Part shown: in pieces, positions 44,937-52,335 of the stretch
Layout: every line of letters starts with the position of its first letter
How positions within the stretch are numbered: the stretch's first letter is position 1
Origin: an uncultured Acidobacteriota bacterium
GTDB lineage: Bacteria > Acidobacteriota > Vicinamibacteria > Fen-336
Assembly: GCA_963700695.1 (NCBI GenBank)
Contig: CAVOYO010000004.1
Span: 263,959-327,958, forward strand
DNA length: 64,000 bases
Reading direction: 5' to 3'
Translations under genes and position numbers: made by a program
Notes under the pieces: model-generated
What the model was told of the DNA's origin: nothing
The model's input: the letters and a program-made list of their open reading frames with translations, nothing else
Databases searched by the model: none

Positions 44937-45830
44937 TCAGCCGACTTGCCCCGGGCGAGTGGCCCTTCGCAGCCGTGACGCGGTGCGGGTGAGGTCCGCC
45001 GGCACCGGGCTCTCCACGGCGACGCGCTCGCCGCTCACGGGGTGGCGAAAGGCCAGCCGCCAGGCGTGGAGCATCGGCCGACGGGGGGCCACACGCCCAA
45101 CGGTCGGCGTCCCGTAGACCCGGTCGCCGAGGACCGGGAGCCGGACGTGCGCCAGGTGCACGCGGATCTGGTGCTGGCGGCCGGTGTCGAGCTCGACCTC
45201 GAGAAGGGCGGCGCCGAAGAAGCGCTCCCGGACACGCCAGCGCGTGCGCGCCGGCTTCTGTGGCTCCTCGTCCCGTGCCACCGAACGCCGTCCGCTCACC
45301 CACGCATCGCGGATCGGGGCGTCGATGACGCCGCGGTCGGCTTGTGGGGCGCCGGCGACGATCGCGAGGTAGCGCCGCTCGATCTGGTGCGCCCGGAAGG
45401 TCCGGATGAGCCCGGCCCGGGCCTCGCGCGAGAGAGCGAAGGCCACCGCTCCGCTCGTGTCGCGATCGAGGCGGTGGACCCGCTCCACGAAGCCCTCCCG
45501 CGGGCGGAGATGGGAGACGTACTCCCGCACCCGGGCGAGGACGGTGTCCTCGTCGCGGACGGCGGGGCCGGTGGGCACCGTCAACAGCCCGGCCGGCTTG
45601 TCGACCACGAGGACGTGCTCGTCCTCGTGCAGGATGGGCAGCGAGCAGCGTGCGCGGGGGAGGGCCTTGCGGTGGGGGTCCCAGGCGACCTCGGCCCCCT
45701 CCGCGACCTCGTGTCCGGCCTGGCGAACGCGGGTCCCGTCCACCGTCACCTGCCCCTTCTCGATCGCCCCCCGCGCCCGGCGGCGCGAGAGGCCCGGGTG
45801 GAGGCGGATGAGCGCGAGGTCGAGACGCAC
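44937..45830 (-). CDS. RluA-family pseudouridine synthase (RluD/RluC-like, with S4 domain)
   Basis: GTG start at 45830. S4-like RLDLALIRLHPGLSRRRARGAIEKGQVTVDG; VVDKPAGLLTVP; catalytic HRLDRDTSGAVAFA; TGRQHQIRVHLA. The upstream 76 codons of ORF 44937..46058 overlap the MtfA-like gene and look non-coding. Confidence 0.8.
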   Translation of the reverse strand: MRLDLALIRLHPGLSRRRARGAIEKGQVTVDGTRVRQAGHEVAEGAEVAWDPHRKALPRARCSLPILHEDEHVLVVDKPAGLLTVPTGPAVRDEDTVLARVREYVSHLRPREGFVERVHRLDRDTSGAVAFALSREARAGLIRTFRAHQIERRYLAIVAGAPQADRGVIDAPIRDAWVSGRRSVARDEEPQKPARTRWRVRERFFGAALLEVELDTGRQHQIRVHLAHVRLPVLGDRVYGTPTVGRVAPRRPMLHAWRLAFRHPVSGERVAVESPVPADLTRTASRLRRATRPGQVG

Positions 45831-46726
45831 TACTCGTTCAACCCGCGGGCGTCGTCCCAGGCGGCGGGGTCCTGGCCGAAATAGGTCGAGAGGAGCCTGT
45901 AGATCTCGCGGTGGCGGCGGCGGACCTCCTGGGGGATCTCGAAGAACGCCTCCACCGCCACCCCGAGGAACTCCACGGGATCGTGCGCTCCGTAGTCGTC
46001 GAAGGCGGAGCGGCCCCGCCGCAGGCGCTGCATCTCCTTCTCCGCCGCCGCGACCCACTCTCCCGCGCGCGCGCCGTGGAAGCCGACCGGGATCCCGTCG
46101 AAGTGCGTGTGGTCCACGTCCAGGATGTGCGCGAACTCGTGGAGGCCCACGTGGTAGCCGTCGTCGGGGTACTCGAAGCTCTGGTAGAGGGACGGCGCGG
46201 AGAGGATGACCGTGCCCCAGGGGTGGGCCAGGCCGGAGATCTCGCTCTCACCCACCGCGTAGTCACGATCGAAGTCGTCGGCGTAGAGGAGCACCTCGGT
46301 GAGCTGGCCCCACTCGTAGTCGGGCCAGCCCAGGCTCAGGGTCACCGCGGAGGCGGCGACCAGCAGCCGAAGCTCCTCCGTGGCCTCGATCCCTACACCG
46401 GTGATGCGCTTCTCGGCGAGGAACAGGCGGAGGTCGTTCTCGAATCGACCGCGCCAGTCGGCGGGCAGACGCTCGTAGTGGTCGTAGGCCTCGAGGAGGA
46501 ACTGCCGCCCATCCTCTGAAAAGGGCACGGCCAGGGCCGCCCGGCGGCGGGCGGTGCGGCGCTCGAGGATGCGGTGGAGGGCGACCCCGAGGAGTATCCC
46601 CACGAGAAGCCCGCCGGCGGCGCCGGGCCCGCCGGCGATCGCGGCCCCGACGATCAGGCCCGCGACGATGGCCAGGGCTCCGACGGCGCGGGCGAAGCGC
46701 CGGTCGCCGGGCCGCTCGATCCTCAC
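45830..46726 (-). CDS. MtfA-like zinc metallopeptidase (peptidase M90) with an N-terminal membrane segment
   Basis: TM segment AVGALAIVAGLIVGAAIAG...LLVGILLGVAL. The M90-type core is ...ITGVGIEATEELRLLVAASAVTLS...GLHEFAHILD (HExxH)...DPVEFLGVAVEAFF. Confidence 0.75.
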   Translation of the reverse strand: MRIERPGDRRFARAVGALAIVAGLIVGAAIAGGPGAAGGLLVGILLGVALHRILERRTARRRAALAVPFSEDGRQFLLEAYDHYERLPADWRGRFENDLRLFLAEKRITGVGIEATEELRLLVAASAVTLSLGWPDYEWGQLTEVLLYADDFDRDYAVGESEISGLAHPWGTVILSAPSLYQSFEYPDDGYHVGLHEFAHILDVDHTHFDGIPVGFHGARAGEWVAAAEKEMQRLRRGRSAFDDYGAHDPVEFLGVAVEAFFEIPQEVRRRHREIYRLLSTYFGQDPAAWDDARGLNE

Positions 46727-46768
46727 GAGCGAGCCCGGGCGGCCCGGACTCCCTCCGGCGTGAGTCGC

Positions 46769-49627
46769 TCAGCCACGCTCGCGCCTCTCGACGCCCGCGG
46801 CCACCAGGTCGAGGCGGGGCTCGCCGCAGCGCGCGGCGATGGCGTCGGCGACCCGGTCCCGCAGTCCGATGAGGGCGTGCAGGTCACCTCCCTCCACGGA
46901 CACCGGCTCGCCCACCGCGAGGTGGATGGGCCCGGGACGGGGAAGCCGGTCGTCTCCGCGGAGGAGCTGCCGTGTTCCCCGCAGCGCGAGCGGCACCACG
47001 GGGACCTCGGCCTCGGCCGCCGCCTTGAAGGCACCCAGCCGGAAGGGCCGGAGACCGGTGGCGGCGACGAAGGTGCCTTCCGGGAAGAACACCACCGCCT
47101 CTCCCTCGGCCAGGGCGTGGGCCACGCGATCGGCATCCGCCAGGCTCTGCTGGAAATCCAGCCGGTCGACGGTGGGGTACCGCAGCCGGCGGACGAAGGT
47201 CCGGATGATGGGATAGCCGAGCACCTCCTTCTTGGCCACGAACAGGAGGTTGCGGGGGAGGAGGGCGACGAGGGCAAACACGTCCGTGTAGGAGGCGTGG
47301 TTGCACGCGAGCACGGCCGGCCCTCGCGGTGGAAGGTGCTCGAGCCCCTCCGCCGAGAGCCGGCACCCCATGAGACGCAGGCCCACGCGGGTTCCGAGAC
47401 GGCCGAGGGCGAAGGCCAGACCGCGGCTCGGGACGAGAGCCACGACGAGCCACACGGGGAGGACCACGACGGGCAGGAGGACGGCCAGGTAGAGCGCGTA
47501 GAGGGCGCGGCCCACCCCGCGGAGGGCCGGCCGGGTCACCTCGCGGGCCGCCGCCGAGCCGAGGCGCAGCTTCTGAGAGGCGGTGGTGCGCGGCGGGCGC
47601 CCGATCGCCCCGGAGAGGAACCGCTCTCGCGTGGCGGCGCGCCGGACCTTTCCGCTCGAGGTCTTGAGCACTGCCCCCGGGGGGGCCAGGACCACGCGAT
47701 CGGGGGGCACCTCGACGGCCGCGGCCACGCGCTCGATCACCGCGCTCTCCAGCCGATCGCGCTCGCGGGGATCGCTCACCCGCGTCTCCGCCACGACCAC
47801 GAGGCTCTCCGTGCCCGACTCGGGGTGCTCCACCCCGAAGGCAACCACGCACCCGCGTCGGATCCCCTCCACCTCGGCCGCGACCTCCTCGATCTCCTGG
47901 GGGACGATGTTGCGTCCGGCCTTGATGATGAGGTCCTTGCGGCGCCCCGCGATGTGGATCTCGCCCTCCGCCTGGTAGGCCAGGTCGCCGCTGTCGAGCC
48001 AGCCCCCGGGGAGGGTCATGGCGGCCGTCGCCTCCGGTTTTCCGTAGTAGCCGCTCGTCATCGAGGGGCCCCGGAACACCAGGCGGCCCACCACCCGGTC
48101 GTCGACGTCGTGGCCATCGTCGTCCACGATGCGCACCTCGTGCTCGGGGAGCGCCCGCCCCGCCGAGACGAAGGCGAGGGCCGAGGGGTCGTCGGGGTCG
48201 GCGGGAACGGCGCGGCCCTCGTCCTGGAACGGCCGCCGCGCGACCCGGTCGAAGCGGGTTCCGGTCCCCATCGCGGGCATGGCGAGCGCCACCGAGTTCT
48301 CGGCGAGGCCGTAGGCCGGGGTCAGGCTCTCCGGGCGGAAGCCGAAGGGCGCGAAGCGACGGACGAACCTCTCGACAGTGCCGGGGCTGACCGGCTCCGC
48401 CCCGTTCAGAGCGGCTCGCCAGGAGGAGAGATCGAGTCCCTCGAGCGCCGCGTCCGGTATCCGACGGGCGCAGAGCTCGTAGGCGAAGTTCGGGGCCCCG
48501 GAGAGAGTGGCCCGGCGCTGGTGGATCGCCCAGAGCCACCGCTCGGGACGGGCCAGAAAGGCGGTGGGGGAGAGCAGCGTGATCGGGATGCCCTGGTGGA
48601 GGCAGAACAGCCACGAGCCGATGAGACCCATGTCGTGGTAGAGGGGCAGCCAGCTGACGCCCACGTCGGTGGGCAGTGCCTCCAGACCGGCGCCAATGGC
48701 GCGGATGTTGGCGAGCAGGTTCTCGTGGGTCAGCAGCACGCCCTTGGGCTGACCGGTGCTGCCCGACGTGTACTGGATGAAGGCCGCCTCCGAGGCCTCG
48801 CCCTGTGGCTCGGGGGCCGGGCCCGGGACCGCCAGCTCATCCGCGGTCACGACGTGAGCGAGCGACGGGACCGAGGGGCGCAGAAGGCTCGCTACCGGCC
48901 GGGCGCGAGCGACCGTGACGAGGAGGCGGGCCCCGGCATCGGCGAGGATCCCCGCCTGCCGTTTGGCGTACTCCTCGAGGCGGTCGAGACGCACCGGGGG
49001 ATAGATGGGGACGGGGACGGCCCGGGCGATCAGGATGCCCATGAACGAACGGAGGAAGTCGAGGCCGGTCGGCAGCATCAGGGAGACGGTGTCTCCACGG
49101 CGGATCCCGCGCTCCCGCAGGCCGCTGGCGACCGCCGCCGCCTCCCGATACAGGTGCCCGTAGGTGATCGCCCGCTCCGCCCCGTCGTCCTCACGAAGGA
49201 AGACGTGTGTGCGATCGGGATCGAGCCGTGCGTGCTGCCAGAGCGACTCGTGCAGCGTGCGGACGCCGGTGCCGATGTGGGCGGCGGCGCCGATCTTCTC
49301 ATCGGGCTCGGGTAGTCGGAGCGGCTCCTCCGGGGCCGCCTCGCGAACGGCCCGGGCGAGGGCGGCCGCGGTGTCGATCTGCAGGCAACGGTCGCCCAGG
49401 GTGCGGCCGAAGGCCTGCTCCAGCCGGGCCAGGAGCTCTACGCGCTCCAGGCTTCCCAGGCCGACCTCCCGATCGAGGGACGCGTCCGGACTCACCGCAC
49501 CCTCGGCCCGGGCGCCCCCGACCTCGCGGGCGAGTCCCCGGACGATCGCCAGCACCGAGTCGAGGACGTCGCCGTCGTCGGGGTCGGAGGGTCGAGCGTT
49601 CTGCGGCGAGGAGGACACCGCGGCCAC
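46769..49627 (-). CDS. Tri-domain lipid enzyme: acyl-carrier (PP-binding) domain - fatty acyl-AMP ligase - TM - lysophospholipid acyltransferase (PlsC/LPLAT), intact 952 aa
   Basis: Carrier motif LDREVGLGSLERVELLARLE; FAAL-type AMP-binding core AAFIQYTSGSTGQPKGVLLTHENLLAN, ...YGLAENS..., WLDSGDLAY..., RRKDLIIKAGRNI; hydrophobic linker ALYALYLAVLLPVVVLPVWLVVALV; acyltransferase motifs ACNHASYTD (H-x4-D) and VFFPEGT. Confidence 0.85.
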   Translation of the reverse strand: MAAVSSSPQNARPSDPDDGDVLDSVLAIVRGLAREVGGARAEGAVSPDASLDREVGLGSLERVELLARLEQAFGRTLGDRCLQIDTAAALARAVREAAPEEPLRLPEPDEKIGAAAHIGTGVRTLHESLWQHARLDPDRTHVFLREDDGAERAITYGHLYREAAAVASGLRERGIRRGDTVSLMLPTGLDFLRSFMGILIARAVPVPIYPPVRLDRLEEYAKRQAGILADAGARLLVTVARARPVASLLRPSVPSLAHVVTADELAVPGPAPEPQGEASEAAFIQYTSGSTGQPKGVLLTHENLLANIRAIGAGLEALPTDVGVSWLPLYHDMGLIGSWLFCLHQGIPITLLSPTAFLARPERWLWAIHQRRATLSGAPNFAYELCARRIPDAALEGLDLSSWRAALNGAEPVSPGTVERFVRRFAPFGFRPESLTPAYGLAENSVALAMPAMGTGTRFDRVARRPFQDEGRAVPADPDDPSALAFVSAGRALPEHEVRIVDDDGHDVDDRVVGRLVFRGPSMTSGYYGKPEATAAMTLPGGWLDSGDLAYQAEGEIHIAGRRKDLIIKAGRNIVPQEIEEVAAEVEGIRRGCVVAFGVEHPESGTESLVVVAETRVSDPRERDRLESAVIERVAAAVEVPPDRVVLAPPGAVLKTSSGKVRRAATRERFLSGAIGRPPRTTASQKLRLGSAAAREVTRPALRGVGRALYALYLAVLLPVVVLPVWLVVALVPSRGLAFALGRLGTRVGLRLMGCRLSAEGLEHLPPRGPAVLACNHASYTDVFALVALLPRNLLFVAKKEVLGYPIIRTFVRRLRYPTVDRLDFQQSLADADRVAHALAEGEAVVFFPEGTFVAATGLRPFRLGAFKAAAEAEVPVVPLALRGTRQLLRGDDRLPRPGPIHLAVGEPVSVEGGDLHALIGLRDRVADAIAARCGEPRLDLVAAGVERRERG

Positions 49628-49695
49628 TCTAGCAGCAATCCTGCGGCTTGACGGGCCCGGGGAGGCGGGCGATGCTGGCCCGAGCGGAGGTCCCG

Positions 49696-49920
49696 ATGCT
49701 CAAGGAAGTGACGATGAAGGAGATCGAGGCCATCTTCGCGGTCACCGATCGAATGGGGCTCTCGCGCGAGCTGCTCGTCATTCCGCTCATGCCGCGACAC
49801 CCCGGCCGGGTGCGCCAGACTCCGGCCGGGAAGCTCGAGATCGTGGTCGACGCGGAGGCGGACCTCTCGGACTTCGTGGCCGGTCTGGAAGGCGAGATCA
49901 GGAAGGTGACCGGCAGCTAG
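49696..49920 (+). CDS. Small (74 aa) hypothetical protein, divergent from the ACP-FAAL-LPLAT gene
   Basis: ATG 5 nt after ggagg: MLKEVTMKEIEAIFAVTDRMGLSRELLVIPLMPRHPGRVRQTPAGKLEIVVDAEADLSDFVAGLEGEIRKVTGS. The frame has high GC3. I recognise no family. Confidence 0.45.
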   Translation: MLKEVTMKEIEAIFAVTDRMGLSRELLVIPLMPRHPGRVRQTPAGKLEIVVDAEADLSDFVAGLEGEIRKVTGS

Positions 49921-50060
49921 TGTCGGGGCTTCCCGGCGCTCTCGGTGCGCAGCGACTTCTGGCGCCGGCCACTGGCGCCGGCCCTGGCCGGGGTGAAGAG
50001 CGAACGGTGATTCGGCGGGGGACGCCGGAACGGCCCGGCGAGCAGGCGGGGCAGACAAGA

Positions 50061-50089
50061 GAGGGCGCGGGCCACCGCCCCGCGCCCTC
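50061..50089. terminator. Bidirectional hairpin (11-bp perfect GC stem GAGGGCGCGGG / CCCGCGCCCTC, 7-nt loop) between convergent genes
   Basis: Read directly from the sequence. It lies 22 nt downstream of the HU stop (50111). Confidence 0.55.
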
Positions 50090-50110
50090 GGCTACCGAGA
50101 CGTCGTGGGG

Positions 50111-50392
50111 CTAGCTGAAAACGGCGTCCTTGGCGGCCTTCGCGATCGTGAACTTCAGCCGCTTCCGGGCCGGGATCTTGATCGCCTCGCCGGTCTGCGG
50201 GTTCCGGCCCATCCGGGCCTTGTAGCTGCGGACCACGAGCTTTCCGACCCCCGGGATCGTGAAGCCATTCTTGGCTTCTTTGTAGGCGAGCTCTGCCTGG
50301 GCTTCGAAGAAGGCGCTCACCTGCTTCTTGGTGAGACCCACATTTTCGGCCAGGGCCGCCACAATCTTCGTCTTGGTCATGGGCTTTGCCAT
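50111..50392 (-). CDS. hup: HU/IHF-family nucleoid-associated DNA-binding protein
   Basis: MAKPMTKTKIVAALAENVGLTKKQVSAFFEAQAELAYKEAKNGFTIPGVGKLVVRSYKARMGRNPQTGEAIKIPARKRLKFTIAKAAKDAV has the typical HU arm (R-x-G-R-N-P-x-T-G). The ATG follows gaggagg. Confidence 0.9.
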   Translation of the reverse strand: MAKPMTKTKIVAALAENVGLTKKQVSAFFEAQAELAYKEAKNGFTIPGVGKLVVRSYKARMGRNPQTGEAIKIPARKRLKFTIAKAAKDAVFS

Positions 50393-50462
50393 CGAGTTCA
50401 CTCCTCCTCAGAGTCGGGCTGGCTGCCTGCGGAGTCCTGTGTGCTGTGCCAGAACGGGCGCC

Positions 50463-50493
50463 AGTATACGTCGGTTTTGCGCGGGCCTGTCAA
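50463..50493 (-). promoter_or_regulatory. Sigma70-like promoter candidate for the HU gene (TTGACA-N19-TATACT)
   Basis: On the minus strand: TTGACA (50493-50488), a 19-nt spacer, then TATACT (50468-50463), about 70 nt upstream of the ATG. The spacer is at the long end of the usual range. Confidence 0.4.
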
Positions 50494-50544
50494 GCACCAA
50501 GCTCACAATCGCCGCGCCTGTGTTGGCCGGGAAGCCCCCCCGGC

Positions 50545-50880
50545 TCAGGGGCGGGCCCCCGGGTTCTCCTCGCGGATCAAGAAGACGGTCTCGTCGGGGC
50601 GGGCCAGGCCGAGCTCCTCGCGGGCCAGCCGCTCGATTGCGCGCGGGCTCTGCCTCAGGGCCGCGATCTCCCCGACCAGCGCCGAGTTCTCTGCGCGCAG
50701 CGTCTCGATCTCGACGCGGAGGCTCTCGACCTGTCTTCGCTTCTCGACGAGGCTCAACAGGCCGCGGTCCCCGAAGACCGACCCCACGGCCAGGGCGATG
50801 AAGGCGATGACGGTCCCCAGGACGAAGGCCTTCCGCCGGAGCCCCGACTCTCCCTGAAGTCCGTCCTCCCGTCGCGGCAA
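50545..50880 (-). CDS. ftsB: Cell-division protein FtsB/DivIC (septum formation initiator)
   Basis: TM segment KAFVLGTVIAFIALAVGSVF, then coiled coil LLSLVEKRRQVESLRVEIETLRAENSALVGEIAALRQSPRAIERLAREELGLARPDETVFLI. I prefer the TTG at 50880 (aagga 7 nt upstream) because the 5' 17 codons of ORF 50545..50931 are AT-rich and leader-like. Confidence 0.75.
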   Translation of the reverse strand: MPRREDGLQGESGLRRKAFVLGTVIAFIALAVGSVFGDRGLLSLVEKRRQVESLRVEIETLRAENSALVGEIAALRQSPRAIERLAREELGLARPDETVFLIREENPGARP

Positions 50881-50935
50881 AACCTGATCCTTTGCTTTAA
50901 CAGCTAGCGTTAAGTGACTATTGTAGCTCATTTTT

Positions 50936-51346
50936 TCAAGCAGTCGTCTGGAGGCGAACCCCCACCCGGCGACCTCCCCGGCGGCTCGTCGCCTCCTGGT
51001 AGCGGCGCAGAAGCTCCACGAGCTGCTCGTTGACCTTCCGGAGTCGCCGCAGATCGGCGCGGTACTCCCGGTGGGCCTTCACGAGCGTGCGGGCCTCGCC
51101 CGCCTGGGCCCGGTCGAGGTAGGCGAAGCCCCCTCGGCCCCCGCTCCGCGTGGAGAGGACGAAGTACGGGCCGTGCTTCTGCCCGGTCTGGCAGACGCAG
51201 CCCTTCTTCCCGCACGCCCCCCAGCGCATGAAGAGCGAGCCCGCGAGGAGCTCGCGTCGGCGCAGCAGCCTCTCGACCAGGGTGCGCTGCTCCTGAAGCC
51301 GTGTTCGGACTCGCTGCCGGATCGTATCTGGTGTCAAGCTTGGCAT
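50936..51346 (-). CDS. Small basic Cys-cluster protein (DUF6788-like, assignment from memory)
   Basis: MPSLTPDTIRQRVRTRLQEQRTLVERLLRR...MRWGACGKKGCVCQTGQKHGPYFVLSTRSGGRGGFAYL...EYRADLRRLRKVNEQLVELLRRYQ has a C-x5-C-x-C...HGPY core flanked by helices. Confidence 0.55.
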   Translation of the reverse strand: MPSLTPDTIRQRVRTRLQEQRTLVERLLRRRELLAGSLFMRWGACGKKGCVCQTGQKHGPYFVLSTRSGGRGGFAYLDRAQAGEARTLVKAHREYRADLRRLRKVNEQLVELLRRYQEATSRRGGRRVGVRLQTTA

Positions 51347-51348
51347 GT

Positions 51349-51380
51349 CTTACAGTGCAATACCCAATTTGCACTGTAAG
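51349..51380. promoter_or_regulatory. Perfect 12-bp inverted repeat CTTACAGTGCAA-N8-TTGCACTGTAAG, 2 nt upstream of the ATG at 51346 and overlapping the -10 element
   Basis: Read directly from the sequence. It is AT-rich relative to its surroundings. Its position relative to the predicted promoter puts the transcription start inside the palindrome, so it is more likely a DNA operator than an RNA hairpin. Confidence 0.6.
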
Positions 51381-51407
51381 AATAGGCGCAGGACCGCGTG
51401 CGGTCAA
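51379..51407 (-). promoter_or_regulatory. Sigma70-like promoter candidate (TTGACC-N17-TATTCT)
   Basis: On the minus strand: TTGACC (51407-51402), an exact 17-nt spacer, then TATTCT (51384-51379). Confidence 0.5.
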
Positions 51408-51511
51408 GGCCTTTTTGGGGTCCTCCCGAGCCTGCAACCGGTCGCCGGCCGCGTGGCCCAGCGGCACGTGCTCTCGCGATAAGATCCCGGAAAGACCAGG
51501 AGGGCGGGAGC

Positions 51512-51913
51512 ATGTGGCTTCTCAAGACGGAGCCGACGGACTACTCGTACGACCGGCTCGAGCAGGACGGCCGGACGTGCTGGGACGGGGTGAGCAATCC
51601 GGCCGCACTGAAGAACATCCGCGCCATGAAGTCGGGCGACCGCGCGTTCCTTTACCACACGGGCAAGGAGAAGGCGGTGGTGGGCGTCGTCGAGATCGCG
51701 ACCGCGCCCTATCCCGATCCGGGGGCGCGGGATTCGAGGCTCGTGGTCGTGGACATCGAGCCGCGTGCCCGGCTCGGTCGGCCGGTGACCCTCGGTGAGA
51801 TCAAGGCGCTTCCCGCCTTCGAAGGAAGCCCTCTCGTGCGTCAGGGGCGACTGTCCGTCGTGCCCCTCACCGCGGACCAGTGGAAGACGATCGAGGAGTG
51901 GGGCCGGGCGTGA
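51512..51913 (+). CDS. EVE (PUA-like, DUF55) domain protein
   Basis: MWLLKTEPTDYSYDRLEQDGRTCWDGVSNPAALKNIRAMKSGDRAFLYHTGKEKAVVGVVEIATAPYPDP. The ATG follows ggagggcgggagc. Confidence 0.8.
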   Translation: MWLLKTEPTDYSYDRLEQDGRTCWDGVSNPAALKNIRAMKSGDRAFLYHTGKEKAVVGVVEIATAPYPDPGARDSRLVVVDIEPRARLGRPVTLGEIKALPAFEGSPLVRQGRLSVVPLTADQWKTIEEWGRA

Positions 51914-52254
51914 CGGGCAAGATCGTGGTTCTCTGCACCATCGGCTCGGCGGAGGATGCCGAGCGCGTCGCGCGGGCGCTGGTCGAACGGGGCCTTGCTG
52001 CCTGCGTGAACGTCGTTCCCGGTGTGACCTCCTTCTACCGCTGGAAGGGAGAGATCGCCCGGGACGCCGAGTGGCTCATGGTGATGAAGACGACCGCCGC
52101 TCGATTCGAGGCCCTTCGTGAGGCCGTGGTGAGGCTCCACCCCTACGACGTGCCCGAGGTCGTCGAGCTTCCGATCGAGCGCGGCCACGCCCCGTACCTC
52201 GACTGGATCGACGAGAGCCTCGCCGCGTCTCACGAGGATCCCTCGCATTCGTGA
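51910..52254 (+). CDS. cutA: Divalent-cation tolerance protein CutA
   Basis: The GTG overlaps the EVE stop (GTGA). The sequence is (V)TGKIVVLCTIGSAEDAERVARALVERGLAACVNVVPGVTSFYRWKGEIARDAEWLMVMKTTAARFEALREAVVRLHPYDVPEVVELPIERGHAPYLDWI. Confidence 0.85.
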   Translation: MTGKIVVLCTIGSAEDAERVARALVERGLAACVNVVPGVTSFYRWKGEIARDAEWLMVMKTTAARFEALREAVVRLHPYDVPEVVELPIERGHAPYLDWIDESLAASHEDPSHS

Positions 52255-52335
52255 TCCCGGGCCAGCGGGCGCAGGTGCCGGCGCGACCGCCGCGGAGCGG
52301 CGGCGGCGCTCTCAGACGGCCTGGGGAGCCCGACG

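Noticed and set aside
51512-52254. EVE-domain protein plus CutA considered as a possible defence or modified-base-sensing module.
   Set aside because: The EVE protein is a stand-alone domain with no fused nuclease or ATPase. Its only link to cutA is a GTGA overlap, and there are no neighbouring defence-type genes. This is insufficient evidence.
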